NCBI GenBank assembly: GCA_902609915.1
Contig: CACLTO010000003.1
Location: forward strand, 3,806-67,805
Source: an uncultured Pelagibacteraceae bacterium
Lineage (GTDB): Bacteria; Pseudomonadota; Alphaproteobacteria; Pelagibacterales; Pelagibacteraceae
Length of the DNA: 64,000 nt
Direction of reading: 5' to 3'
Part shown: positions 31,619 to 40,254 of the stretch, piece after piece
Layout: the number at the start of each line of letters is the position of its first letter
How positions within the stretch are numbered: the first letter of the stretch is position 1
Position numbers and translations under genes: made by a program
The notes under the pieces: model-generated
Told to the model about the DNA's origin: nothing
What the model saw: only the letters and a program-made list of their open reading frames with translations
The model's database searches: none

Positions 31619-32989
31619 TTGTCACAAGCTTTCAAATTAACTAAAGATCCAATATGGTTTTTGCTTAGAAAAGTTACTATCCCAGCAAGTGTTGGTTCAT
31701 TATTTCAAACTTTTTACAATTTAGTAGATACTTGGTTCGCAGGAAAAATATCTGCTGAAGCAATAGCAGCAATTGCAAAATCTTTTCCAATTTACTTTAC
31801 TATTATTGCTATAGGAGTTGGATTAACGGCAGGAACTAATACTTTAATTGGAAATAATATAGGTGCAAAGAATAAAAGGAAGGCATCACTATTTGTTGCC
31901 CAATCAATAATATTTGCAATCTTTTTGTCTATTCTTGTAACTTTTTTTGGTTTAAATGTTTCAGATTTTCTACTCTCTCTTATGGGATCAGATCAAGAGG
32001 GAATTATTTTAACTAGAAAATATCTTGATGTAATTTTTTATGGAACAATAATAGTTTTGACTCAGATTTCTTTAAATGGAACTTTAAATGCACAAGGGGA
32101 TACCAAAAGTTATAGAAACGTTTTAATTTTTAGTTTCTTTTTAAACATTATTTTAAATCCATTATTTATTTTTGGTTATAGTTTTGTACCAGCTTTTGGC
32201 ATAGCAGGCCTTGCCATTGCAACCGTTGTATCACAGTTTATAGGTCTTCTATACTTAGCGTATAAAGTTTATTGTTGTGAATTAAAGCAATATCTTCAGC
32301 CTGAATGTTTTATACCAAAGTTTAACCTTTTAGGAGAACTTCTTTATCAGACAATTCCTGTAATGTTTAGCATGTTGTTGATTGGTGTTGGTATATTCAA
32401 TATTCTTTATTTCATTGGTAAATTTGGAGATTTAGCCACTGCTGGTTACGGTGCTGCTTTGCGAATTGAGCAAGTTTTTTTACTTCCAGTAATTGGTTTA
32501 AATACTGCAGTCCTATCTATTGGAGGACAAAATTTTGGCGCAAAAAATTTCGACAGATTAAGAGAACTATATAAAAAGGCTCTTTTTTTTGGATCATCTT
32601 TTATGATTTGTGCAGGAATAATAATTTTTTTGGGTGCAGAATTCTTAGTTTCATTATTTACTGATAATTCAGAGGCTATAAACCACGGTGCAATATATTT
32701 AAGAGTTGCTGCATTAATTGGTCCAATTTATCCTGTATTTTTTATAACCACTGCAGTGTTCCAAGCAGTTAAAAAACCACTATATAGTCTTTACTTAAGT
32801 ATTTTAAGACTAACAGCGCTTCCATTTTTAAGTTTGTGGTATGTAATTAATATTAGAGGAGGAGATTATGAGGATATTTTTTACACAATATTAGTAACAA
32901 ATTGGTTTATGGGAATTGCAGTTCTTATGTTTATTGGGTATTTTTTGAACAATGTTTTCAAACAAAATAAAAGTCTTTTTAGTTATTAG
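31619..32989 (+). CDS. MATE family efflux transporter, TTG start
   Basis: YNLVDTWF, GDTK, NIILNPLFIFG, GIAGLAIAT, GQNFGA; about 12 hydrophobic segments. Confidence 0.94.
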   Translation: MSQAFKLTKDPIWFLLRKVTIPASVGSLFQTFYNLVDTWFAGKISAEAIAAIAKSFPIYFTIIAIGVGLTAGTNTLIGNNIGAKNKRKASLFVAQSIIFAIFLSILVTFFGLNVSDFLLSLMGSDQEGIILTRKYLDVIFYGTIIVLTQISLNGTLNAQGDTKSYRNVLIFSFFLNIILNPLFIFGYSFVPAFGIAGLAIATVVSQFIGLLYLAYKVYCCELKQYLQPECFIPKFNLLGELLYQTIPVMFSMLLIGVGIFNILYFIGKFGDLATAGYGAALRIEQVFLLPVIGLNTAVLSIGGQNFGAKNFDRLRELYKKALFFGSSFMICAGIIIFLGAEFLVSLFTDNSEAINHGAIYLRVAALIGPIYPVFFITTAVFQAVKKPLYSLYLSILRLTALPFLSLWYVINIRGGDYEDIFYTILVTNWFMGIAVLMFIGYFLNNVFKQNKSLFSY

Positions 32990-33431
32990 CATTTGTCTAA
33001 TATTTTTTTTAATCACTTCTTTTGATTTCAAATCTAACAAAGTAAAGGTTGTTGATGGAGATACTATTCATTTAAATGGAGAAAAAATTCGTTTTAGTGG
33101 CATAGATACTCCTGAAATTAAACAAATATGTAATAAGAATAATGAAGTAATTAAATGTGGGATACGGGCAAAAGAACTACTTATTAATAAGATAGGTAAA
33201 AATAAAGTAAAATGTGTAAATGAGGGTGTAGATCGATATAAAAGAATTTTAGCTGAATGTTTTGTAAATAATCAAAGTCTATCCAGGTATCTTGTTAGGG
33301 AGGGATTTGCTTTTGCTTACAGGAAATATTCAACAAAATTTATTGAAGATGAAAACTATGCAAAAAAAAATAAAAAAGGTATGTGGTCAATGACGTTTGA
33401 GTATCCTTGGGATTATAGAAGAAAAAATTAG
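32952..33431 (+). CDS. Thermonuclease (SNase) family protein with N-terminal signal/anchor
   Basis: VVDGDTI, IRFSGIDTPE, DRYKRILA, LVREGFA, GMW. Confidence 0.93.
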   Translation: MFSNKIKVFLVISICLIFFLITSFDFKSNKVKVVDGDTIHLNGEKIRFSGIDTPEIKQICNKNNEVIKCGIRAKELLINKIGKNKVKCVNEGVDRYKRILAECFVNNQSLSRYLVREGFAFAYRKYSTKFIEDENYAKKNKKGMWSMTFEYPWDYRRKN

Positions 33432-34159
33432 TCTTTTTGTAATTTTTTTTCTAACCTCCTTACTAAATAAGAAACAATCAATATTAGGACCAAATATTCA
33501 AGAATCAGAAATGTATATATTTCTAATGGCCTATAAGTTGTTACAACTAATTCATTAGCTTTTCTTGTTAAATCACCAATACCAATGATTGATACTAGCG
33601 ATGACATTTTAAGTACATATACAAATTGGTTACCTATAGCTGGTAAAATATTTTTCACAGCTTGAGGCAAAATAACTAGTCTTAATTTTCTAAAAAAACC
33701 CAAACCTAAAGAACTTCCAGCCTCCCACTGAGCTTTTTTTATTGAATTTATTCCGGCTCTAAAAATCTCAGCTTGGAATGCACTTTCGCTTATAGATAAT
33801 GCTATAATACCTGAAACAAATGGACTAAAACTAATTCCTGTCATTATTGGTAGTCCATAATAAATCCATAAGATTAAAACTAATAAAGGAATTGCTCTAA
33901 CAATTTCTACATAACCAATATTAAGATAAGTTAAGAATTTATTTTTTGAAAGAGACGGTATGGCAATTAAAAGACCAATCAATATTGATATAACAATCGA
34001 AATTATAGAAATATATATAGTGGTAGTTAAACCACTTAAAAGAAATTTAAGATTTGTTAAACCCTCGACGTTTTGAGGAGATAATATCAACCAGTTTAAT
34101 TCACTTTTACCACATGAGGTTAAAGGAAGGACTAAAAGTAAAAAAGCTAAATTTCTCAC
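33428..34159 (-). CDS. Polar amino acid ABC transporter permease (HisM/GlnP type), GTG start
   Basis: YVEIVRAIPLLV, AEIFRAG, QWEAGSSLG (EAA loop), ILPQA, KMSSLVS. Confidence 0.95.
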   Translation of the reverse strand: MRNLAFLLLVLPLTSCGKSELNWLILSPQNVEGLTNLKFLLSGLTTTIYISIISIVISILIGLLIAIPSLSKNKFLTYLNIGYVEIVRAIPLLVLILWIYYGLPIMTGISFSPFVSGIIALSISESAFQAEIFRAGINSIKKAQWEAGSSLGLGFFRKLRLVILPQAVKNILPAIGNQFVYVLKMSSLVSIIGIGDLTRKANELVVTTYRPLEIYTFLILEYLVLILIVSYLVRRLEKKLQKD

Positions 34160-34199
34160 TCCTTATGTTATAAAGAATAAAAAATTAAATACTAATTTA

Positions 34200-34967
34200 T
34201 TATAAACTTTTTAGATTGTATTTAGATAACAATTTAGTAAAGAAGCCAGATGATTTTTTCTTCTTGATCCAGCTATTCACATACTCGTTCCATTTATCAT
34301 CACCTTTAGGAACCATCATTGCTAAAAATGCTGGATTTTTTCCACCATCTGGAACGATTGCTAACTGAGGATATTTAATAACCAGTTTATTTGCCTCTGT
34401 AGAACTTGTTATATTTCCATCCGCTCTTCCTGCTAATACTTCTTGAAAGTCTCTTGCAGGTGCTTCGATTGAATTTAATTTTGATTTTGGAAAAAATTCT
34501 TTCGCCTTTTCTTCTTGAGAAGTACCAAGAGTAGTTGCAATAGTTACTTTTGAATTATTTAATGAATCCCAAGTTGGAAATTTTTTTAAATTCTTTTTTA
34601 GAACAAGTGGTACAGTAGCATATTTATAATATGTATCTGTGAAACCAGCCACCTCTGCTCTTTTTGGTGTTTTTGTAACACTAGTTGAAATGTCATATCT
34701 TGCAGATGTTATTCCAGATACAATTGTTTTCCACTCTGCAGGTACAAACTCAACCTTAACACCCATGTCTTTGGCAAGTTCATTCATCACATCTATATCA
34801 AAGCCTTTATATTTATTCGTTGCAGGGTCTTTAACTGTCATTGGATCCCAGTCACCAGTAGTTCCAACTTTTAATACTCCAGATGATAAAATTTTATCTA
34901 AATTAGAGTCTGCGTTTAATGAGAAGGGTAAAAAAGCAAATAATGCTATCAATAATATTTTTTTCAT
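34200..34967 (-). CDS. Family 3 solute-binding protein, cyclohexadienyl-dehydratase-like
   Basis: Signal peptide, [29 protein letters not shown]...TSSTEA. Confidence 0.92.
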   Translation of the reverse strand: MKKILLIALFAFLPFSLNADSNLDKILSSGVLKVGTTGDWDPMTVKDPATNKYKGFDIDVMNELAKDMGVKVEFVPAEWKTIVSGITSARYDISTSVTKTPKRAEVAGFTDTYYKYATVPLVLKKNLKKFPTWDSLNNSKVTIATTLGTSQEEKAKEFFPKSKLNSIEAPARDFQEVLAGRADGNITSSTEANKLVIKYPQLAIVPDGGKNPAFLAMMVPKGDDKWNEYVNSWIKKKKSSGFFTKLLSKYNLKSL

Positions 34968-35001
34968 GATTTTGTTTAACTTATTTGAGATCTAATTGAG
35001 A

Positions 35002-35565
35002 CTATAATCTTGACGCACTATCATCCATCCAAGAGAATAAATGTTCAGAAAAAGAGCGCCTTACAAACAAATTAACCTCATTTTGATTTTGATTGTGAAT
35101 AATAACATCGACTTTTGCAATAATTGTTTGAGTTACAGATCCGATTTTTTGTTTAAATTCATTAAAATTAAAAGGTGATCCAGTCTGAAATAAATCATAG
35201 ATTTTATCTCCTTTTAAAGAAATTCTTACATATTGATCTGTAACATCAGTTACAGCTCCTAAATTTAAATTGCATATATTTTTATTAAGAAGAGTTTCTG
35301 TATCGTATGTATTTGTTTTTTCTTCAAGAGCATTGTTTGAAAAAATCATCCATTCATCTGGACTCAACCATAAAGCTGTCAATTTTTCACTTTGAGTAGA
35401 GGTATTAGCTTTTGTAGGTAAGACCATTTCTAAGGATTTCCCAACAGCTGATAAGAAATCTCTTTTTTTTCCTCTTATTATTAATTTCATAATGGGATTT
35501 ATTTCACTGATTTGTAAGCCTTGATATGATTTTTGATCTTTTATTGGTTGATTATAATTCAGCAT
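35002..35565 (-). CDS. soxG: Heterotetrameric sarcosine oxidase gamma subunit
   Basis: LWLSPDEW, VTDVT, VRRSFSEHL; operon position. Confidence 0.92.
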   Translation of the reverse strand: MLNYNQPIKDQKSYQGLQISEINPIMKLIIRGKKRDFLSAVGKSLEMVLPTKANTSTQSEKLTALWLSPDEWMIFSNNALEEKTNTYDTETLLNKNICNLNLGAVTDVTDQYVRISLKGDKIYDLFQTGSPFNFNEFKQKIGSVTQTIIAKVDVIIHNQNQNEVNLFVRRSFSEHLFSWMDDSASRL

Positions 35566-38563
35566 TTAATCTTTCACCTTCTTTATCTAAAAAAACAGGA
35601 TCAGCTACTGTCACATTTATATTTTTATTTTCCATTGGAATAATTAACTTCTGTCCAAGCATTTTTTTTCCACCCTTGACCACTCCTAGTGCAATAGATT
35701 TATTTAAATTTGGACTATAGTAACTTGATGTAACATGTCCTAACATTTCAATAGGTGATTTTTTAATATCAGCGACTATCTGTGCACCTTCTTCTAAAAC
35801 TTCTTTTGGATTTTCAGTAAGTAAGCCAACCAATTGTTTTCTATCATCTTTAATTGTGTCTGATCTATATAATGATCTTTTCCCAATAAAGTCATATTTT
35901 TTCTTACTCACTATCCAGTCCATTTGTAAATCTATTGGCGTCATGGTTGCATCTGTATCTTGTCCAACTATTATAAAACCTTTTTCAGCTCTCAATAAAT
36001 GCATTGTTTCTGTCCCATAAGGAGTAATGTTAAAATCTTTACCTGCCTCCATACACTTTTCCCAAACAGATTTTCCAAAATTTGATTGTACATTAATTTC
36101 GTAACTTTGTTCTCCTGTGAAACTAATTCTCATAACTCTACATTTAATCTGACCGATTTTTGTGTTTTTAAACGACATATGTGGAAATTTTTCATCAGAA
36201 AAATCTAAATCAGGAATAACTTTAGATACAATTTTTTTACTATGAGGACCGCAAACACTAATAGTTGCATAATGATCAGTTACAGATGATAAATAAACAT
36301 CTAGTTCAGGCCACTCTGTTTGAAGGTAATCCTCAAGTTTTCCTAATACATTTGCAGCCCCGCCAGTAGTGGTTGTCATAATATAACGATTTTCACCTAT
36401 CCTGGTAGTTACTCCATCATCATAAACCATGCCATCTTCATTGAGCATTAAACCATAACGACATTTACCGATAGCAAGTTTTGACCAAGCATTAGTATAA
36501 ACACGGTTTAGAAACTCTGAAGCGTCAGTTCCTTGAATATCAATTTTCCCTAAAGTGGATGCATCTAGTATACCTGCACAATCTCTAGCTGCTTTACTCT
36601 CTCTTTGTACAGCTTGGTGCATATTTTCATTTGCTTTAGGATAGTACCAAGCTCTTTTCCACTGACCCACATTTTCGAACTTAGCATTGTTTGCAACATG
36701 CCAATCATGAATAGGTGTACGCCTAATTATATCAAAAAACTTTCCTACATTTCTTCCAACTATAGTTCCAAAGGTAAGCGGTGTATAAGGTGGTCTAAAA
36801 GTTGTGGTCCCGTGTTCACCCATTTTAGTCCCCGCAGTTTCAGAGATAATTCCTAAAGCATGCATATTACCTAGTTTACCTTGATCAGTGCCCATGCCAG
36901 TTGTGGTATATCTTTTTACATGCTCTATTGATCTAAATCCTTCTCTTAGCGCTAATTTTATATCTTTAGCAGTTGCATCATTTTGGTAATCAACAAAGGA
37001 TTTGGTTTTTCCTAATATTTTATCTGATGGTAACAACCAGATATTTCTTTTTGATTTATTTATTCCAGTAGTGATTTCAAAAGTTTTGTAATCTGTATTA
37101 TTGATATTAAGAAATTTTTTGACAGATAATACAGTGTTTGTTGTAATTTCCTCTAAACTTAAATCTCCATTACAGGATCCAATACTCAATTGATCTGAAG
37201 GATATTTGTGTGGAATAAAAACTTGATCATCTTCTCTAAATTTTAATTTTCCTCCTGATTGTGTAAATAAGTGAACTGCTGGTGTCCATCCACCTGAGAC
37301 ACCCAAAGAATCACAACTTAATTTTATTTTTTTACCAATTACTTTTTGGCCATCCTTGGAGAGCTCCATAATTGCTAATCCATTGATTCTTTTATAACCA
37401 TAAGTATCAACAACTGTGAAACCTTTGAAAATTTTAATATTATTTTTCGCTATTTCATAAGAAAGTTTTGAGTTTATTTCCTCTCTATTATCAATGATCG
37501 CATTAACTTTAATCCCTCGTTGAACAAGACTCATAGCAGTTTCGTATGCAGTGTCGTTATTGGTAAAAAGAATATTATTTTCACCACAAGCTACTCCATA
37601 TAGATCGATGTATTTTTTTATTGCAGAAGATAATAAAATTCCTGGGCGATCATTGTTATCAAATATTAGAGGTCTTTCTATTGCGCCAGTAGCACTAATA
37701 ACTTTTTTTGCTCTAATCTTTAATAGTCTTTGTCTAATTTTATTCTCCCTTTGATTAATTGGTAAATGATCAGTGAGATTTTCACGAGCTAACAAAAAAT
37801 TATATCCATGAAAAGCTGCTATACTAGTTCTTGTTTTAATTTCTAAATTCTCTAATTTGGATATTTCATTAATTTCTTTTTCTAGCCATGAACTTGTTAT
37901 TTGATTATTAATTTTTGAAAATTCTGAGTTATCATAGATTGTTGATCCGCCTAAAAATGATTTTTCATCCACTAAGAGAGTTTTTAAACCATTCTTAGCT
38001 GCCAATTTGGCTGCCATTATTCCTGATATACCAGCCCCAATTATTAAAACATCGCAGTGAATGTATTTATGCTCATAAATATCAGGATCAGCCTCTTTTG
38101 GTGACTTTCCTAAACCTGCAGATTTTCTTATAAAGTATTCATATTTTTCCCAAAAACTTTTAGGCCACATAAAAGTTTTATAATAAAAACCTGCTGGCAG
38201 AACAGGGGATAGAATATTATTAATTCCGCCAATATCAAAATTTACACTTGGCCAACAATTTTGACTAGATGCAACTAAACCCTCATAAATCTCAACTTCT
38301 GTAGCCCTTACGTTTGGTTCTGTTCTTGAAGTATTATCATGCAACTGAATAATTGCGTTAGGCTCCTCAGAACCAGCGGTCATAATTCCACGAGGTCTAT
38401 GATATTTAAAACTTCTTCCTACAAGATGAACATCGTTAGCTAAAAGAGCTGATGCTAGAGTATCACCTTTATAACCATAATACGTTTTGTTGTTAAATTT
38501 AAATGAAATTCGATAAGTCTCATCTACCTGTTTACTTGATTTAAATCTTAAATTTTTAGACAT
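35552..38563 (-). CDS. soxA: Heterotetrameric sarcosine oxidase alpha subunit
   Basis: GRSFKYHRPRG, KRYTTTGMGTDQGK, GcvT-like folate domain (DASTLGK, LRAEKG). Confidence 0.96.
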   Translation of the reverse strand: MSKNLRFKSSKQVDETYRISFKFNNKTYYGYKGDTLASALLANDVHLVGRSFKYHRPRGIMTAGSEEPNAIIQLHDNTSRTEPNVRATEVEIYEGLVASSQNCWPSVNFDIGGINNILSPVLPAGFYYKTFMWPKSFWEKYEYFIRKSAGLGKSPKEADPDIYEHKYIHCDVLIIGAGISGIMAAKLAAKNGLKTLLVDEKSFLGGSTIYDNSEFSKINNQITSSWLEKEINEISKLENLEIKTRTSIAAFHGYNFLLARENLTDHLPINQRENKIRQRLLKIRAKKVISATGAIERPLIFDNNDRPGILLSSAIKKYIDLYGVACGENNILFTNNDTAYETAMSLVQRGIKVNAIIDNREEINSKLSYEIAKNNIKIFKGFTVVDTYGYKRINGLAIMELSKDGQKVIGKKIKLSCDSLGVSGGWTPAVHLFTQSGGKLKFREDDQVFIPHKYPSDQLSIGSCNGDLSLEEITTNTVLSVKKFLNINNTDYKTFEITTGINKSKRNIWLLPSDKILGKTKSFVDYQNDATAKDIKLALREGFRSIEHVKRYTTTGMGTDQGKLGNMHALGIISETAGTKMGEHGTTTFRPPYTPLTFGTIVGRNVGKFFDIIRRTPIHDWHVANNAKFENVGQWKRAWYYPKANENMHQAVQRESKAARDCAGILDASTLGKIDIQGTDASEFLNRVYTNAWSKLAIGKCRYGLMLNEDGMVYDDGVTTRIGENRYIMTTTTGGAANVLGKLEDYLQTEWPELDVYLSSVTDHYATISVCGPHSKKIVSKVIPDLDFSDEKFPHMSFKNTKIGQIKCRVMRISFTGEQSYEINVQSNFGKSVWEKCMEAGKDFNITPYGTETMHLLRAEKGFIIVGQDTDATMTPIDLQMDWIVSKKKYDFIGKRSLYRSDTIKDDRKQLVGLLTENPKEVLEEGAQIVADIKKSPIEMLGHVTSSYYSPNLNKSIALGVVKGGKKMLGQKLIIPMENKNINVTVADPVFLDKEGERLNAEL

Positions 38564-38566
38564 GTT

Positions 38567-38842
38567 TTATTTTACAGGTGGTTTTTGACCCATCTTATAA
38601 ACTGCTTTGATTTGGTCATTTGAGGTATCTCGAGCAATATTGAACCATTTTCTACAACCATGAGCATGATTCCATCTTTCGAATTGTACTCCTTTTATAT
38701 TTTTTCTCATAAATAAAAACTCTGCCCATTCATCATCACTTAATTCAGTCGGTTGTTTTGGTCTTTCTATATGGGCTTCACCACCAGCTTTAAATTCGCT
38801 TTGTTCTCTTTCACCGCAAAAAGGACAATTAATTAAAAACAT
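38567..38842 (-). CDS. soxD: Heterotetrameric sarcosine oxidase delta subunit
   Basis: CPFCG...ERWNHAHGCRKWF Cys3His Zn site. Confidence 0.96.
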   Translation of the reverse strand: MFLINCPFCGEREQSEFKAGGEAHIERPKQPTELSDDEWAEFLFMRKNIKGVQFERWNHAHGCRKWFNIARDTSNDQIKAVYKMGQKPPVK

Positions 38843-40095
38843 TAGTGTGCAACTGCAGCAGCTCCATGCTCATCGACTAAATCACCACTTACAAATCTAT
38901 TCAAGTTAAATGCAGCATTAAGTTTGTGAGGTTCGTCATTAGCAATTGTGTGAGCAAATAAATCCCCTGAGCCTGGTGTGGCTTTAAATCCTCCAGTTCC
39001 CCAACCACAATTAAAATACAAACCTTTTATCGATGTTTTACTAATTATTGGACTCGCATCAGGACATATATCAACAATTCCACCCCACTGACGTAGCATT
39101 CTCATTCTACTGAAAATCGGATACAATTCTAGTATTGCATTTAAAGTTCCTTCCACAATATCATAACTTCCTTTTTGGGAATAAGATATATAATCATCTG
39201 TTCCAGCTCCAATAACGAGTTCTCCTTTATCAGATTGACTTACATAAGCATGAACTGCATTTGACATTACAACGGTATCAATAATTGGTTTAACTGGTTC
39301 AGATACTAAAGCTTGAAGAGGTTTGCTTTCTAGCGGTAATTTTAATCCTGCCATATTTGCTATAACACTAGAGTGACCTGCAGCTACAACACCAATTTTT
39401 TTGGCTTTAATAAATCCTTTAGTTGTTTCTATGCCCTCAACAGTATCACCATTTCTTTTTATTCCTTTTACTTCACAATTTTGAATAATATCCACACCCA
39501 TTTCATCAGCACCTCTTGCGTACCCCCAAGCAACAGCGTCATGTCGTGCTGTACCTGCTCTTCGCTGAAGCGTACCACCTAAAACTGGGTAACGAATATC
39601 CTGTGAAGTGTTTATAATAGGACAAAATTTTTTGACTTCTGCAGTATTCAAATACACAGCATCAATGCCATTTAATCTATTTGCATGAGTTCTTCTCTTT
39701 AAATCTCTTACATCTTGTAAATTATGAGCGAGATTCACAACACCTCTTTGACTAAACATAACATTATAATTTAACTCTTGGGATAAATCTTCCCAAATTT
39801 TAAGAGCATGATCATACAGACCAGCGCTCTCGTCCCATAAATAATTTGATCTTATTATTGTAGTATTCCGACCAGTATTTCCACCTCCTATCCAACCTTT
39901 TTCAACAACTGCAATATTCTTCATGTTATGTTTTTTTGCTAAATAATAGGCTGTTGCTAGACCATGTCCTCCACCACCAACTATTATAGCTTCATACTCT
40001 TTTTTAGGCTCAGGATCTTTCCAAGCTTTCTCCCAATTCTCATGATAAGAGAAAGCATTCTTTATAAGTGAAAATATTGAATACTTATTTTTCAT
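38842..40095 (-). CDS. soxB: Heterotetrameric sarcosine oxidase beta subunit
   Basis: [46 protein letters not shown]. Confidence 0.97.
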   Translation of the reverse strand: MKNKYSIFSLIKNAFSYHENWEKAWKDPEPKKEYEAIIVGGGGHGLATAYYLAKKHNMKNIAVVEKGWIGGGNTGRNTTIIRSNYLWDESAGLYDHALKIWEDLSQELNYNVMFSQRGVVNLAHNLQDVRDLKRRTHANRLNGIDAVYLNTAEVKKFCPIINTSQDIRYPVLGGTLQRRAGTARHDAVAWGYARGADEMGVDIIQNCEVKGIKRNGDTVEGIETTKGFIKAKKIGVVAAGHSSVIANMAGLKLPLESKPLQALVSEPVKPIIDTVVMSNAVHAYVSQSDKGELVIGAGTDDYISYSQKGSYDIVEGTLNAILELYPIFSRMRMLRQWGGIVDICPDASPIISKTSIKGLYFNCGWGTGGFKATPGSGDLFAHTIANDEPHKLNAAFNLNRFVSGDLVDEHGAAAVAH

Positions 40096-40110
40096 AATTA
40101 TTGAATAATT

Positions 40111-40139
40111 ACTTTATAAATATTCATTATTCAATACAA
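40111..40139 (-). promoter_or_regulatory. Putative sigma70 promoter of soxBDAG
   Basis: Minus strand TTGTAT-17 nt-TAAAGT. Confidence 0.45.
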
Positions 40140-40159
40140 TCAGAAGCGACAATTTTATT

Positions 40160-40251
40160 GGAAGAGTGGGTGAGAGGCTGAAACCAGTCGTTTGCTAAAT
40201 GACCGTGCGAGGAAACTTGTACCGAGGGTTCGAATCCCTCCTCTTCCGCCA
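40160..40251 (+). tRNA. tRNA-Ser(GCT) with encoded CCA
   Basis: Acceptor stem GGAAGAG/CTCTTCC, anticodon arm GTCGT-TTGCTAA-ATGAC, long variable arm, GGTTCGAATCC, ends GCCA. Confidence 0.98.
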
Positions 40252-40254
40252 CTA

